A DNA stretch of 64,000 nucleotides from an uncultured Candidatus Saccharibacteria bacterium (GTDB lineage: Bacteria; Patescibacteriota; Saccharimonadia; Saccharimonadales; 2-12-FULL-41-12), in assembly GCA_947085495.1 (NCBI GenBank), contig CAMTWJ010000002.1, positions 38,599-102,598 of the forward strand. Direction: 5' to 3'. The position numbers and the translations under genes were made by a program. Every line of letters begins with the position of its first letter. The first letter of the stretch is position 1. The notes beneath the pieces were generated by a model that was given only the letters and a program-made list of their open reading frames with translations, ran no database searches and was not told where the DNA came from. Of the stretch, positions 9,481 to 18,075 are shown piece after piece.

Positions 9481-12444
9481 ATGGACACACAACAGGACGA
9501 ACTTCCTAATGAACTGAATCCTTCGGCTTCAGTTGTTGCAGCTCCCATGCACTCTTCTGAAGAGATTATGCAGATGCAGCCCGAAGCTGCTGACCTTACC
9601 TCGTCAAGTGAAGCAATACGAAATAGTAGAATTATCTCCAAAGACGTAGACCCCTCTGACGGTATTAATACGGAGACAGAAATCTTTGCCTCTGAGGCAG
9701 GAGGCTTGGCGCTTGGGGGTGAGAGTCCTCCATTTGATGTGGTGGCGGGAGATGTCAAAGAGCAAATAACTGATGCTCCTGGAGTCTCTGTGGAGGAAAA
9801 TGAAGAGTGGGAGCTATATACTCCAGAACAACTCGAGGAGCAAACCCGAGAAGAGACTGAACGACAGGAAAAACTAGCAAAATACGAACAAGAAGCCCAA
9901 GAGCGAAGAGCCCAAAAGGCAAAAGATAATGAACGTATAGAAAAAGAGCAGGTCGAGAGGTCTCGAGCGTATGAAAACTTACCAGATATTGCAAAAGAAG
10001 CAATGGATTTTACGGATAAGTTCGGCCACAGAAAGTATTTTGACCCCGTAAAAGTAGAAAAATTAATGCCAATAATTGAAGTGCTTGATGTTGGCGAAAA
10101 GGAAGAACTCAGAGAAGAAGATCAAAAGTTAATTTTTGATCTCGCTTTAATGGCTCATTGTGAAGAAGATCAGTCTTACATGTCTGATGAGAAGAAAGAG
10201 TTAGAAGTTAAAAAGGGTCAAGAATTCTTGGATTTTACTCAGAAAATTATGGAAAAGGGTGTATCTGCCAGGGGCTTAGTAGAGCTGGTGAGAACTCAGG
10301 AAAATATGGATACAATTATAGATCTACACAAGCAAAACCCGGACTCTTTAGGCGACGAAACATCTTCTTTGGGGCTGATACTTCGAATGGCTAACCTTCC
10401 TCTATATAGTCTTGCGCCCGAAGATAAAGAATATTATACCAATGGGCAGGGCAGACAAGCGGATGTTCGGGATTCAGTTATAGCTACGATAATAGAAGCT
10501 GCAGACCAGGCTGAGTTTGCAGAAAACCCGGACACACAAGAAAGTTACCAACAAGAACTTGATGGATACGCACAGTATATTACTGAGCTTGAAGAGAAAG
10601 TCCCAGCATTACAGCAGACAGATTTCCCACTTGATAAGATCGGGAAGATTTTGCTAACGAAGTTTAACCCGAGTATTAGAATTAATATCTACGACGATAA
10701 CTATGAGACGAAAATTATGGATAGATGCATGCAGGTGGGAGGCAGAATGCGGGAGCTAGAATCTATCGACTCCTCCTTGGCGCACCAAGTAGTTCATGGG
10801 GAAAATGATTTGAGCGAAGTTATCGATCTTGCTGGCAAGATCGATAAAGTAAAATCGGAAGAACCCGAGGCCTATAAGATATTCGATGATTTTAAAAAAA
10901 TGCGCATTTTTAAAGGGAGTCATTTGCCAAATGTAGTGCACTATCTAAAACTAGCTAGGGGTATAGCTAATTCACCAGAGCTTTATAAGCTTGTCGAGGA
11001 AGAAGAAGTTAGAGAGGATGGTGGGCTCATTTACCTTGCAAAAAATACCAAAATGCTTGCAGACATGAACAGGTGGGAGAGAGACTCCGATAAGCTTGAT
11101 GAGTTCTTCGAGAATTGTCATAGTTTGCGAGATCTTATATCTGATGAGCGGATTAGCACGGAAGACATGCTGAGTGCTGCAGGTCTGGATGCTGAGCAAC
11201 TAGAGACATTCATGGGCATAATGAATAGTTCGGACGTTCAGCTAGCATACGACGATCCAGAGGCGGCAGATCACCTTAATAGATCGATGTTTTGGATCAA
11301 GCAGAGTATGAACCCTGAACTGATCACGAAATCACTAGGGCTATTTAAATCGTTAGACAAAAAAGCACATTTCCCGTTATACAGTATTATCAGGAATGCT
11401 CATGAGCTTAGTAAGCATAGTAGCTATGGAGAAACTGTTGATACGTCTGCATTTCTTGATACGGTCAAGAAAGCTTCCAAGATGATAGACAAAAATGGCT
11501 TTCCGTACGACTCTATCGAGAGTGTAGCCACGGCTTTAAAGTTTCTTGAACGAGAAAGCAAAAAATACAAAGATCCTGAAGCGGTTAAGAAAGAGATGCT
11601 GGGTTGGTTTGAATCAAGCGGGTTACCCTACGCAGCCTTGCAGCCTGTCGTCAAAATAGCAGAAGAGGCCGAGAGACAGGGCGTAGCATTTGAGCCAATG
11701 GCTGTGTACAAGTGGATGTTTGAAGACGAACAGCGCATAAAAGAAACTAGTCGAGAGAATCTTAAAGATTATCTTAGTCTGAGGAAGAACATATCCTTAA
11801 AGGTAGATGAAGAAAAAACAGAAGAGGTGATAGCCGAAGCAAAAAAAGAGATTTCTGAGCGGGCAGAGTCCTTTCGTGTACTCATGAACATAAAACAGAA
11901 TGTATTACAAAACTCTGTAGCTAACTCTGGTGAACTCCAGTCGATGTTTGATGAGGTGGAGATGACAGAGCGTGGTGCGGACTATGAGCTCTATCGGAGT
12001 GGTGTCGAGATTGCTCTGGGCATTCGCTCACTTGATGAAGCTGAAGAGCATCGGGTTTATGGAACCTGTGCTTTTATTGATAAAGGTGTGCCTACTGGGG
12101 CAGAAGGGTATGGGGATATAGTGCTTGTGTTCAAGCCTGATGATGAGCTCCTGGCAAGCACTACTTATACTCCAGAAGATAGTTTTCATGGCGCAGATCG
12201 TTTGACCATGGAAGATGCTCAGATTGTACGCTACCTAAAGGATAAAGAAGGGATAGGTCACGGGGAGCCTAAGGGCTTGTTTGGGTCATTAGCTACTTCA
12301 GAATACGTAGAAGCTCAAATACCTGGGGAGGTAACCTTACAAGATGTCGAGCAGATCGTTGCACGTAACGAACAGCAAGCCCAAGAGCTTCGGGAGCAGT
12401 TACCCGCAGGGCTTGCCGAAAAAGTAGTAGCTAGAGAAGCCTAA
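9481..12444 (+). CDS. large (987 aa) acidic hypothetical protein
   Basis: Uninterrupted 2.96-kb ORF. The N-terminus is low-complexity and rich in Glu, Lys and Gln. The C-terminal ~150 aa look globular (VYGTCAFIDKG..GYGDIVLVFKPDDELLASTTYTPEDSFHG). No confident family. Confidence 0.7.
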   Translation: MDTQQDELPNELNPSASVVAAPMHSSEEIMQMQPEAADLTSSSEAIRNSRIISKDVDPSDGINTETEIFASEAGGLALGGESPPFDVVAGDVKEQITDAPGVSVEENEEWELYTPEQLEEQTREETERQEKLAKYEQEAQERRAQKAKDNERIEKEQVERSRAYENLPDIAKEAMDFTDKFGHRKYFDPVKVEKLMPIIEVLDVGEKEELREEDQKLIFDLALMAHCEEDQSYMSDEKKELEVKKGQEFLDFTQKIMEKGVSARGLVELVRTQENMDTIIDLHKQNPDSLGDETSSLGLILRMANLPLYSLAPEDKEYYTNGQGRQADVRDSVIATIIEAADQAEFAENPDTQESYQQELDGYAQYITELEEKVPALQQTDFPLDKIGKILLTKFNPSIRINIYDDNYETKIMDRCMQVGGRMRELESIDSSLAHQVVHGENDLSEVIDLAGKIDKVKSEEPEAYKIFDDFKKMRIFKGSHLPNVVHYLKLARGIANSPELYKLVEEEEVREDGGLIYLAKNTKMLADMNRWERDSDKLDEFFENCHSLRDLISDERISTEDMLSAAGLDAEQLETFMGIMNSSDVQLAYDDPEAADHLNRSMFWIKQSMNPELITKSLGLFKSLDKKAHFPLYSIIRNAHELSKHSSYGETVDTSAFLDTVKKASKMIDKNGFPYDSIESVATALKFLERESKKYKDPEAVKKEMLGWFESSGLPYAALQPVVKIAEEAERQGVAFEPMAVYKWMFEDEQRIKETSRENLKDYLSLRKNISLKVDEEKTEEVIAEAKKEISERAESFRVLMNIKQNVLQNSVANSGELQSMFDEVEMTERGADYELYRSGVEIALGIRSLDEAEEHRVYGTCAFIDKGVPTGAEGYGDIVLVFKPDDELLASTTYTPEDSFHGADRLTMEDAQIVRYLKDKEGIGHGEPKGLFGSLATSEYVEAQIPGEVTLQDVEQIVARNEQQAQELREQLPAGLAEKVVAREA

Positions 12445-12448
12445 TTTC

Positions 12449-12477
12449 TTGAGATATGTAGGATTTAATGGTAGAAT
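12449..12477 (+). promoter_or_regulatory. promoter TTGAGA-17-TAGAAT with TGg extended -10, for rpsB-tsf
   Basis: TTGAGA at 12449-12454, TGG at 12469-12471, TAGAAT at 12472-12477. The predicted +1 is about 12484. Confidence 0.6.
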
Positions 12478-12483
12478 AAAACC

Positions 12484-12743
12484 ACTATAAGGTAAGCAGC
12501 CGAGGACAGGATTATCCTGTCGGTGGATGCGAAATTCTAGAAACTGGTAAGTCTCGAGAATAGTTTGCCAAGTATTTTTTGAATCGTATCTTTCGATACG
12601 AAGAGAAAAATCTGGGCGAAATAGGCCGAGAATTACAGTTTTATAGAAGAGCAGATATCGTCAGAATAATCCACAATTCCTCCGAACGTGACAGCCGTGC
12701 AGGCGACGATTTGGTACCTCGAGCGAAGAGAAAGGAACAAACT
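12484..12743 (+). promoter_or_regulatory. long (~260 nt) structured 5' leader of rpsB, a candidate r-protein autoregulatory leader
   Basis: Hairpins GACAGGA-TTA-TCCTGTC (about 12505-12521) and TCGTATC-TTTC-GATACGA (about 12583-12600). No credible coding potential. Confidence 0.4.
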
Positions 12744-13469
12744 ATGGCATCAGTTGATGTTAAGAAACTATTAGAATCAGGTGCGCACTTTGGTCATAAG
12801 ACCAGCCGATGGCATCCTAAAATGGCACCATATATTCACAGCAAACGTGACGGTAGCCACATTATTGACCTAACTAAAACTGCAGAAAACTTGGAAACTG
12901 CGCTAGCATTCTTGGAAAAGACAGCCAGGGAAGGCAAGCAAGTCCTGTTGGTTGGTACCAAGCGTCAAGCAAAAGATATTATTAAAAAAGCAGCCGACGA
13001 CACAGGCATGCCGTATGTTACCGAGCGATGGGTTGGCGGAATGTTGACCAACACAACTACTATGAACGGTCGGATCAAGCATCTTAAAGATCTTGAGCAG
13101 CAGATGGATTCTGGTGCGCTAGCCAACAAGTACAACAAGCTTGAGATACAACGATTCCAGGAAGAAATTGATACCCTAAACTTTATGTACGGTGGTATTA
13201 AATTTATGGCTAATCGAGTAGGTGCAGTATTTGTAACTGACGTAATTAAAGACGCAAACGCTGTGCGAGAAGCTCGCAAGCTTAACATCCCAATCGTAGC
13301 TATTGTCGACACCAACGCAGACCCAAGCTTGGTAAATTACCCAATTCCTGCAAATGACGATGCCATCAAGGCAGTTCAGTTAATTACCGACTACGCCGTT
13401 GAAGCAATATCTGCTGGTAAGGCCAAGCAAACTAAAAAAGCTGACAAAACAGAAGAAGAGGAGAAATAA
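12744..13469 (+). CDS. rpsB: 30S ribosomal protein S2
   Basis: MASVDVKKLLESGAHFGHKTSRWHPKMAPYI. AAAGGAA SD. The start at ATG 12744 is in-frame within ORF 12579..13469. Confidence 0.95.
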   Translation: MASVDVKKLLESGAHFGHKTSRWHPKMAPYIHSKRDGSHIIDLTKTAENLETALAFLEKTAREGKQVLLVGTKRQAKDIIKKAADDTGMPYVTERWVGGMLTNTTTMNGRIKHLKDLEQQMDSGALANKYNKLEIQRFQEEIDTLNFMYGGIKFMANRVGAVFVTDVIKDANAVREARKLNIPIVAIVDTNADPSLVNYPIPANDDAIKAVQLITDYAVEAISAGKAKQTKKADKTEEEEK

Positions 13470-13471
13470 GA

Positions 13472-14062
13472 GTGGACATTGAGAGTATTAAAAGACTACG
13501 AGAACTAACAGGTGTTGGTATTACCGATGCCAAGAAAGCTCTTGTTGAAACAGATGGTGATTTTGACAAAGCCCTAGAAGCTATGCGAAAGAAGGGTCTG
13601 ACAAAGGCCGAAAAGCGTGGTGAGCGAGAAGCTCGTGCCGGCATAATCGGTACATACAACCACGACAGCCGTATTGGTGTGCTTGTAGAAGTAAACTGCG
13701 AAACTGACTTTGTAGCTCGTAACGAAATCTTCACAGATTTTGTAAAAGATATTTCTATGCACATTGCTGCGACTGCGCCGCAATACGTATCAAGCGAAAA
13801 TATTTCGGACGAGGATAAAGCTGCTGCAGAAAAAGAATTTAGCGAAAAGGCTAAAAGCGAAGGCAAGCCAGCCGAGATGATTCCTAAAATCGTTGAAGGC
13901 ATGGTAAAAAAGCATTTTTCAGAAAAGTGTTTGCTCGACCAACCATATGTTAAGAACCCAGACCAAACAGTAGGGGAGTACTTGAAAGAGCACATTGCCA
14001 AGCTTGGTGAGAACATTGTGATTCGACGATTCGAGCGCATGGCTATCGGCGAAGTTTCCTAA
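13472..14062 (+). CDS. tsf: elongation factor Ts (short form)
   Basis: GTG start. IKRLRELTGVGITDAKKALVETDGDFDKALEAMRKKG. Follows rpsB. Confidence 0.93.
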   Translation: MDIESIKRLRELTGVGITDAKKALVETDGDFDKALEAMRKKGLTKAEKRGEREARAGIIGTYNHDSRIGVLVEVNCETDFVARNEIFTDFVKDISMHIAATAPQYVSSENISDEDKAAAEKEFSEKAKSEGKPAEMIPKIVEGMVKKHFSEKCLLDQPYVKNPDQTVGEYLKEHIAKLGENIVIRRFERMAIGEVS

Positions 14063-14100
14063 GAGTCAATAGAAAAGGCCGTCTATTTATGGAGAGAGAA

Positions 14101-14688
14101 ATGCCGCTTGAGCCAAAAAATTGCTGGGAAGTCACGGCTGTTGCTGAAAAAGAAGGAAAGTATAGGGCTGATACTCGTGATTGGGCACCCCTAGAATATG
14201 GCAGCCCCTTATTGGCCGCTGCAAGGGATGAAGATTATGATGAGCGTCATAATCAAGTCATTCATTCACTACTATTGGCAAATCAGGGGATATGTCTACC
14301 TGTAATAGATAGTCCTAAGAGATTTGAGGAGGGTATCGCTACTATAGAAGAGGATTTTTCTGATGACTTACTTTCTGCGGCGATGAATCTGCTAACCCGT
14401 AAAGACACTGTGAGGCTACAGGATGTAAGTAGTATGGTTGATAGTCTAGAATCATATATTGAAGAGCACGAAGTCTTGAGGACATTTGCGCAGCCTAGCC
14501 ACGCTCAAAAAATTCTGGGTGCATATGTTTGTGGTGTATCAATAAGGGGGCTGGTGGCTGACTACGAAGATGACGGAATTATAAATCCGTTGCTTGAGTT
14601 CAAAATGGCTGACAAGCAAGGCAGTGAGGGGTTTTTGCCGCTTGGCTACAGAGCCAAGCATTTGCTGGTTCCTGACTTGTTGCAATAA
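14101..14688 (+). CDS. hypothetical acidic protein (ORFan)
   Basis: ATG 14101 is preceded by GGAGAGAG. The alternative start at 14089 has no SD. No UMP-kinase motif, although it occupies the usual pyrH position. Confidence 0.55.
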   Translation: MPLEPKNCWEVTAVAEKEGKYRADTRDWAPLEYGSPLLAAARDEDYDERHNQVIHSLLLANQGICLPVIDSPKRFEEGIATIEEDFSDDLLSAAMNLLTRKDTVRLQDVSSMVDSLESYIEEHEVLRTFAQPSHAQKILGAYVCGVSIRGLVADYEDDGIINPLLEFKMADKQGSEGFLPLGYRAKHLLVPDLLQ

Positions 14689-14745
14689 AAACCTGGGCGT
14701 TTTGGTGAAAACTCTGTAAGATAAGAGTAAGAGGAATTTGGGATA

Positions 14746-14976
14746 ATGTTTTCAGATCGTTTTGAATCAAAAGAGGGGCTATTGAGCTCATCGGTGCTTT
14801 CTCAGCAAGATGCAATTAATGAAATTATTGCCAATACTGCAGAAGATTTTGAAGGTGCGTTAGAGAAGGTTTCTCCAGAATTGGCAGAAGAAGTTAGAGA
14901 GAGCCAAAGTGCTGTTGCAGAGTGTATGAGAAATGCTGAAATAACGATGCTCTCTGATAATACGAGGTATTTATAA
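14746..14976 (+). CDS. small acidic hypothetical protein (76 aa)
   Basis: AGAGGAA SD. Its stop overlaps the frr start (TAATG), which suggests translational coupling. Confidence 0.55.
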   Translation: MFSDRFESKEGLLSSSVLSQQDAINEIIANTAEDFEGALEKVSPELAEEVRESQSAVAECMRNAEITMLSDNTRYL

Positions 14977-15539
14977 TGAGTCCTAGCCAAGTTATTAACG
15001 ACGCAAAAACAAAATTAGACGGAGCATTAGCTCGATTTGAAGACGAAGCAAAGAAGCTTCGTACTGGTCGTGCGCATCCAAGTATGCTGGACGGAATTAC
15101 GGTTGAAGCGTATGAGCAACAGATGCCGCTTATTCAGGTTGCTACGATCACAACCCCAGAGCCACAGCTTATCCAGGTTTCGCCATTTGATCCTAATACT
15201 TTGCAATCTATTATCTCAGCAATTCGTGACAACCAGTCTCTTGGTCTTAACCCAACAGATGATGGACGGATTATTCGGGTGCCAATCCCGCCTCTAACAA
15301 CTGAACGACGGCAGCAGATTGTAAAAACTCTTGGAGAGAAGACAGAAGATTGCATGATTGCGTTTAGAGGTGTGCGACACGACGCACTAAAGACGCTGGA
15401 CTTGGCCAAGAAGGACAAAGATATTAGCGAAGACGAACACAGCCGGCTATCGAAGCAGATAGATGATCTGATGACTCAGTACAAAGAGAAGTCAGATGAA
15501 GTGGCAAAACAAAAAGAAAAGGAAATCTTAACGATTTAA
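14976..15539 (+). CDS. frr: ribosome recycling factor
   Basis: LRTGRAHPSMLDGITVEAY..LIQVSPFDPN..LGLNPTDDGRIIRVPIPPLTTERR. Confidence 0.95.
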   Translation: MSPSQVINDAKTKLDGALARFEDEAKKLRTGRAHPSMLDGITVEAYEQQMPLIQVATITTPEPQLIQVSPFDPNTLQSIISAIRDNQSLGLNPTDDGRIIRVPIPPLTTERRQQIVKTLGEKTEDCMIAFRGVRHDALKTLDLAKKDKDISEDEHSRLSKQIDDLMTQYKEKSDEVAKQKEKEILTI

Positions 15540-15545
15540 ACTACT

Positions 15546-16112
15546 ATGAGCCACCCAGAGATGCTAGAGCTAGTCACAGAACAAACTCCTCTTGAGCAAC
15601 TCGGGGTAGGAACTCTCCGCTCCCCTTTGGTAGACTCGTATAATAGGTGGGCTCAAAATGATTCACTTGGCATAATGACAGATCCGTCTGCTCGTATGAG
15701 CTGTCGTGGTGTAGCGAGTCAACTCATAACGCCAGAGCACGTAGAGTTTTCTAAGAGGATTGAGGTAATTCATCCTCCAGAAGAACGGTTTATACATCAA
15801 ACAGACTATAGTTTGTCTACTACTATCGATGAGGCGGAACATTCAGCAGAGATTATCAGTGGCTGGGAGGACAAAAAATTTATCGTTGCTCCTGTGCTTG
15901 GCATAAAAAATGGTCATCCTGAGGAATTCGCTTTTATGCTGCCTGGACGAGGTATTGTCTATGATAGGAATGAAGAAAATAGACTCAAACAAATTATTGA
16001 GGAACAATCGCAAGATATAGCTCCACATGTCTTATGGATGAATGACAGGGAGATATTAGGAACGTTACGTCATATTAGTCTTGTTGTTGGTGATGACAAG
16101 AGAGTTTCTTAG
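15546..16112 (+). CDS. hypothetical protein (ORFan)
   Basis: 188 aa. Starts 6 nt after the frr stop, with no SD. No motif recognised. Confidence 0.5.
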   Translation: MSHPEMLELVTEQTPLEQLGVGTLRSPLVDSYNRWAQNDSLGIMTDPSARMSCRGVASQLITPEHVEFSKRIEVIHPPEERFIHQTDYSLSTTIDEAEHSAEIISGWEDKKFIVAPVLGIKNGHPEEFAFMLPGRGIVYDRNEENRLKQIIEEQSQDIAPHVLWMNDREILGTLRHISLVVGDDKRVS

Positions 16113-16162
16113 CCCTAAAGCGCTAGTCTTAACTCAGGTAACTCAGGTATACTAGAGCTCAT

Positions 16163-17284
16163 ATGTCAGTATTTTTGTTGATTTTGGGGATAGTCCTCTT
16201 TGTTCTGTTGGTTGTTGTCCACGAATGGGGGCACTTTATTGCTGCTCGAAGAGGCGGGGTAGACGTTGAAGAATTTGGAGTAGGTTTTCCGCCAAAAGTT
16301 TGGGGCAAAAACATTGGTGAAGGAAGAAAGAAGTTCCTCTTTAGTGTTAACTTGCTACCGCTTGGCGGCTTTGTAAGGTTAAAGGGCGAGAATGATTCGG
16401 ATACTCAAAAAGGCAGCTTTGGTGCGGCTCCGCTGCCAACCAAGGTAAAAATTATGATTGCCGGAGTAGTTATGAACCTCATTGTTGCTTTTGTGGCATT
16501 AACTCTTTTGGCTGCAGTTGGTATGCCAAAACTAGTCGACAATCAATACACAGTTGCAAGCGATACTAAAACTACCCGAGAAGTAGAGAACAAAGGCAGC
16601 GTAAAAGTTGGCACAGTTCTCGATAATTCACCGGCCGCAAAAGCAGGAATTCAAAAAGACGACCAGATTGTTTCGTTTGATGGGCAGAATATTACCGAGC
16701 CAAGCCAAGTAGCGAGCGTAGCGAAAACCAAGCCAGGCCAAACAGTAACAATTGTTTTGCAGCGTGGAGATGAGACAAAGACGGTCCAAGCTACATTAAA
16801 CCAACACAATTCAGGACAGGGCTATTTAGGTGTAGGAAGTGTTTCGGGCCAAAAGGGAATAGAGCTGCGCCGTTCAACGTGGTCTTCACCGGTTGTGGCA
16901 GCCGGAGTGATGAAGCAATTTACCGAACTAACTTATAAAGGCATTGGCAATGCTCTGAGCAATCTAGTGCGTGGCAATACTGCCGAAGCGAGCGAGCAAG
17001 TGTCTGGCCCGGTGGGCATCGTGGTGATCCTGAAAGAAGGCAGCAAGCTGGGCATTAACTTTATCCTGATGATAATTGCGGTCATATCACTCACGTTGGC
17101 TCTTATAAACATATTGCCCATTCCAGCGCTCGACGGGGGACGATTGTTTGTAACGCTTCTATTCCGAGCGCTTAACAAGCCGCTCACAAAGAAAAAAGAA
17201 GAGTTTATTCACGGCACGGGATTTGTGCTGTTAATGGGCCTATTCGTGTTGGTAACCATTGTTGATGTAAAACGATTCTTCTAA
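16163..17284 (+). CDS. rseP: RIP metalloprotease RseP/RasP (M50 site-2 protease) with PDZ domain
   Basis: HEWGHFIAARRGGV (HExxH), a central PDZ-like segment and NILPIPALDGGRL. Confidence 0.93.
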   Translation: MSVFLLILGIVLFVLLVVVHEWGHFIAARRGGVDVEEFGVGFPPKVWGKNIGEGRKKFLFSVNLLPLGGFVRLKGENDSDTQKGSFGAAPLPTKVKIMIAGVVMNLIVAFVALTLLAAVGMPKLVDNQYTVASDTKTTREVENKGSVKVGTVLDNSPAAKAGIQKDDQIVSFDGQNITEPSQVASVAKTKPGQTVTIVLQRGDETKTVQATLNQHNSGQGYLGVGSVSGQKGIELRRSTWSSPVVAAGVMKQFTELTYKGIGNALSNLVRGNTAEASEQVSGPVGIVVILKEGSKLGINFILMIIAVISLTLALINILPIPALDGGRLFVTLLFRALNKPLTKKKEEFIHGTGFVLLMGLFVLVTIVDVKRFF

Positions 17285-17285
17285 G

Positions 17286-18062
17286 ATGATGGAACGATAT
17301 AAAAAATACTTTGCAAGACCCAAGGTAACGGGATTTGGTCCGAAGTCAGCATTTTTTGTTACGTTACTTATCTATTTTGGTTCTCAGCTTTTTGCGGGTA
17401 TCTTAATTGGTCTGTATTTTGCTATGCAGGGCAAAACTACCGAGCAGGCTGTACAGACAATCAACAATTCCGTTACTTCTCAGTTCATATTTATTTTGAT
17501 TGTTGAGATTGTTTCTTTGGTGGCTTTGTATTTGTTTGTTAGATATCGTTCGATATCCTTAAGCGACCTCGGGCTTAAGAAGCCAAGCCTCAATAACCTA
17601 TTGTTTGCATTACCGACATTTGCAGTGTACTTTGCAGTGCTGATAGTTTTGCTATCTGTATTAAAGCCGTTACTGCCTGGACTAGACTTTGAACAAGAGC
17701 AACAAATTGGTTTTGATTCTGCTCGGGGTGCTGCATTAGTTCTAGTCTTTATAAGTCTCGTTATATTGCCGGCTTTAGTGGAAGAAATTTTGGTTCGAGG
17801 TTTTTTGTATGGAGGTTTCCGGAAATCTTTTAATAAGAAAACAGCTGCCTTACTAGCTAGTTTTATCTTTGGCATTGCCCACCTGCAGCTCGGTAGCGGT
17901 GAGCCACCGTTGTGGGTAGCTGCGATTGACACGTTTGTGCTCTCTATAGCTCTCATTTGGCTGCGAGAAAAAACGGGCAATATCTGGGCAGGCGTGGGAG
18001 TTCACATGATCAAGAATACGCTGGCATTCTTGAGTATTTTCGTCTTTGGAGCCTTCTTCTAG
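17286..18062 (+). CDS. CPBP (CAAX-type) intramembrane metalloprotease family protein
   Basis: Multi-TM protein with EEILVRGFLYG and FGIAHL motifs. Confidence 0.85.
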   Translation: MMERYKKYFARPKVTGFGPKSAFFVTLLIYFGSQLFAGILIGLYFAMQGKTTEQAVQTINNSVTSQFIFILIVEIVSLVALYLFVRYRSISLSDLGLKKPSLNNLLFALPTFAVYFAVLIVLLSVLKPLLPGLDFEQEQQIGFDSARGAALVLVFISLVILPALVEEILVRGFLYGGFRKSFNKKTAALLASFIFGIAHLQLGSGEPPLWVAAIDTFVLSIALIWLREKTGNIWAGVGVHMIKNTLAFLSIFVFGAFF

Positions 18063-18075
18063 TACAATCATTGGT

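Noticed and set aside
12579-12743. A 55-codon N-terminal extension of the rpsB ORF.
   Set aside because: The S2 homology starts at MASVDVKKLL (ATG 12744), which has a good SD. The extension covers hairpins of the leader and has no SD.
13432-14040. Long antisense ORFs inside well-supported genes. This one is 202 aa opposite tsf. Similar cases are 4494..4919, 17480..17980, 25099..25575, 25691..26128, 29037..29591, 30051..30539, 37237..37623 and 62634..63083.
   Set aside because: Each lies entirely or largely within a strongly supported conserved gene on the other strand. They have Ser/Arg/Leu-rich shadow-frame composition and no SD or promoter.
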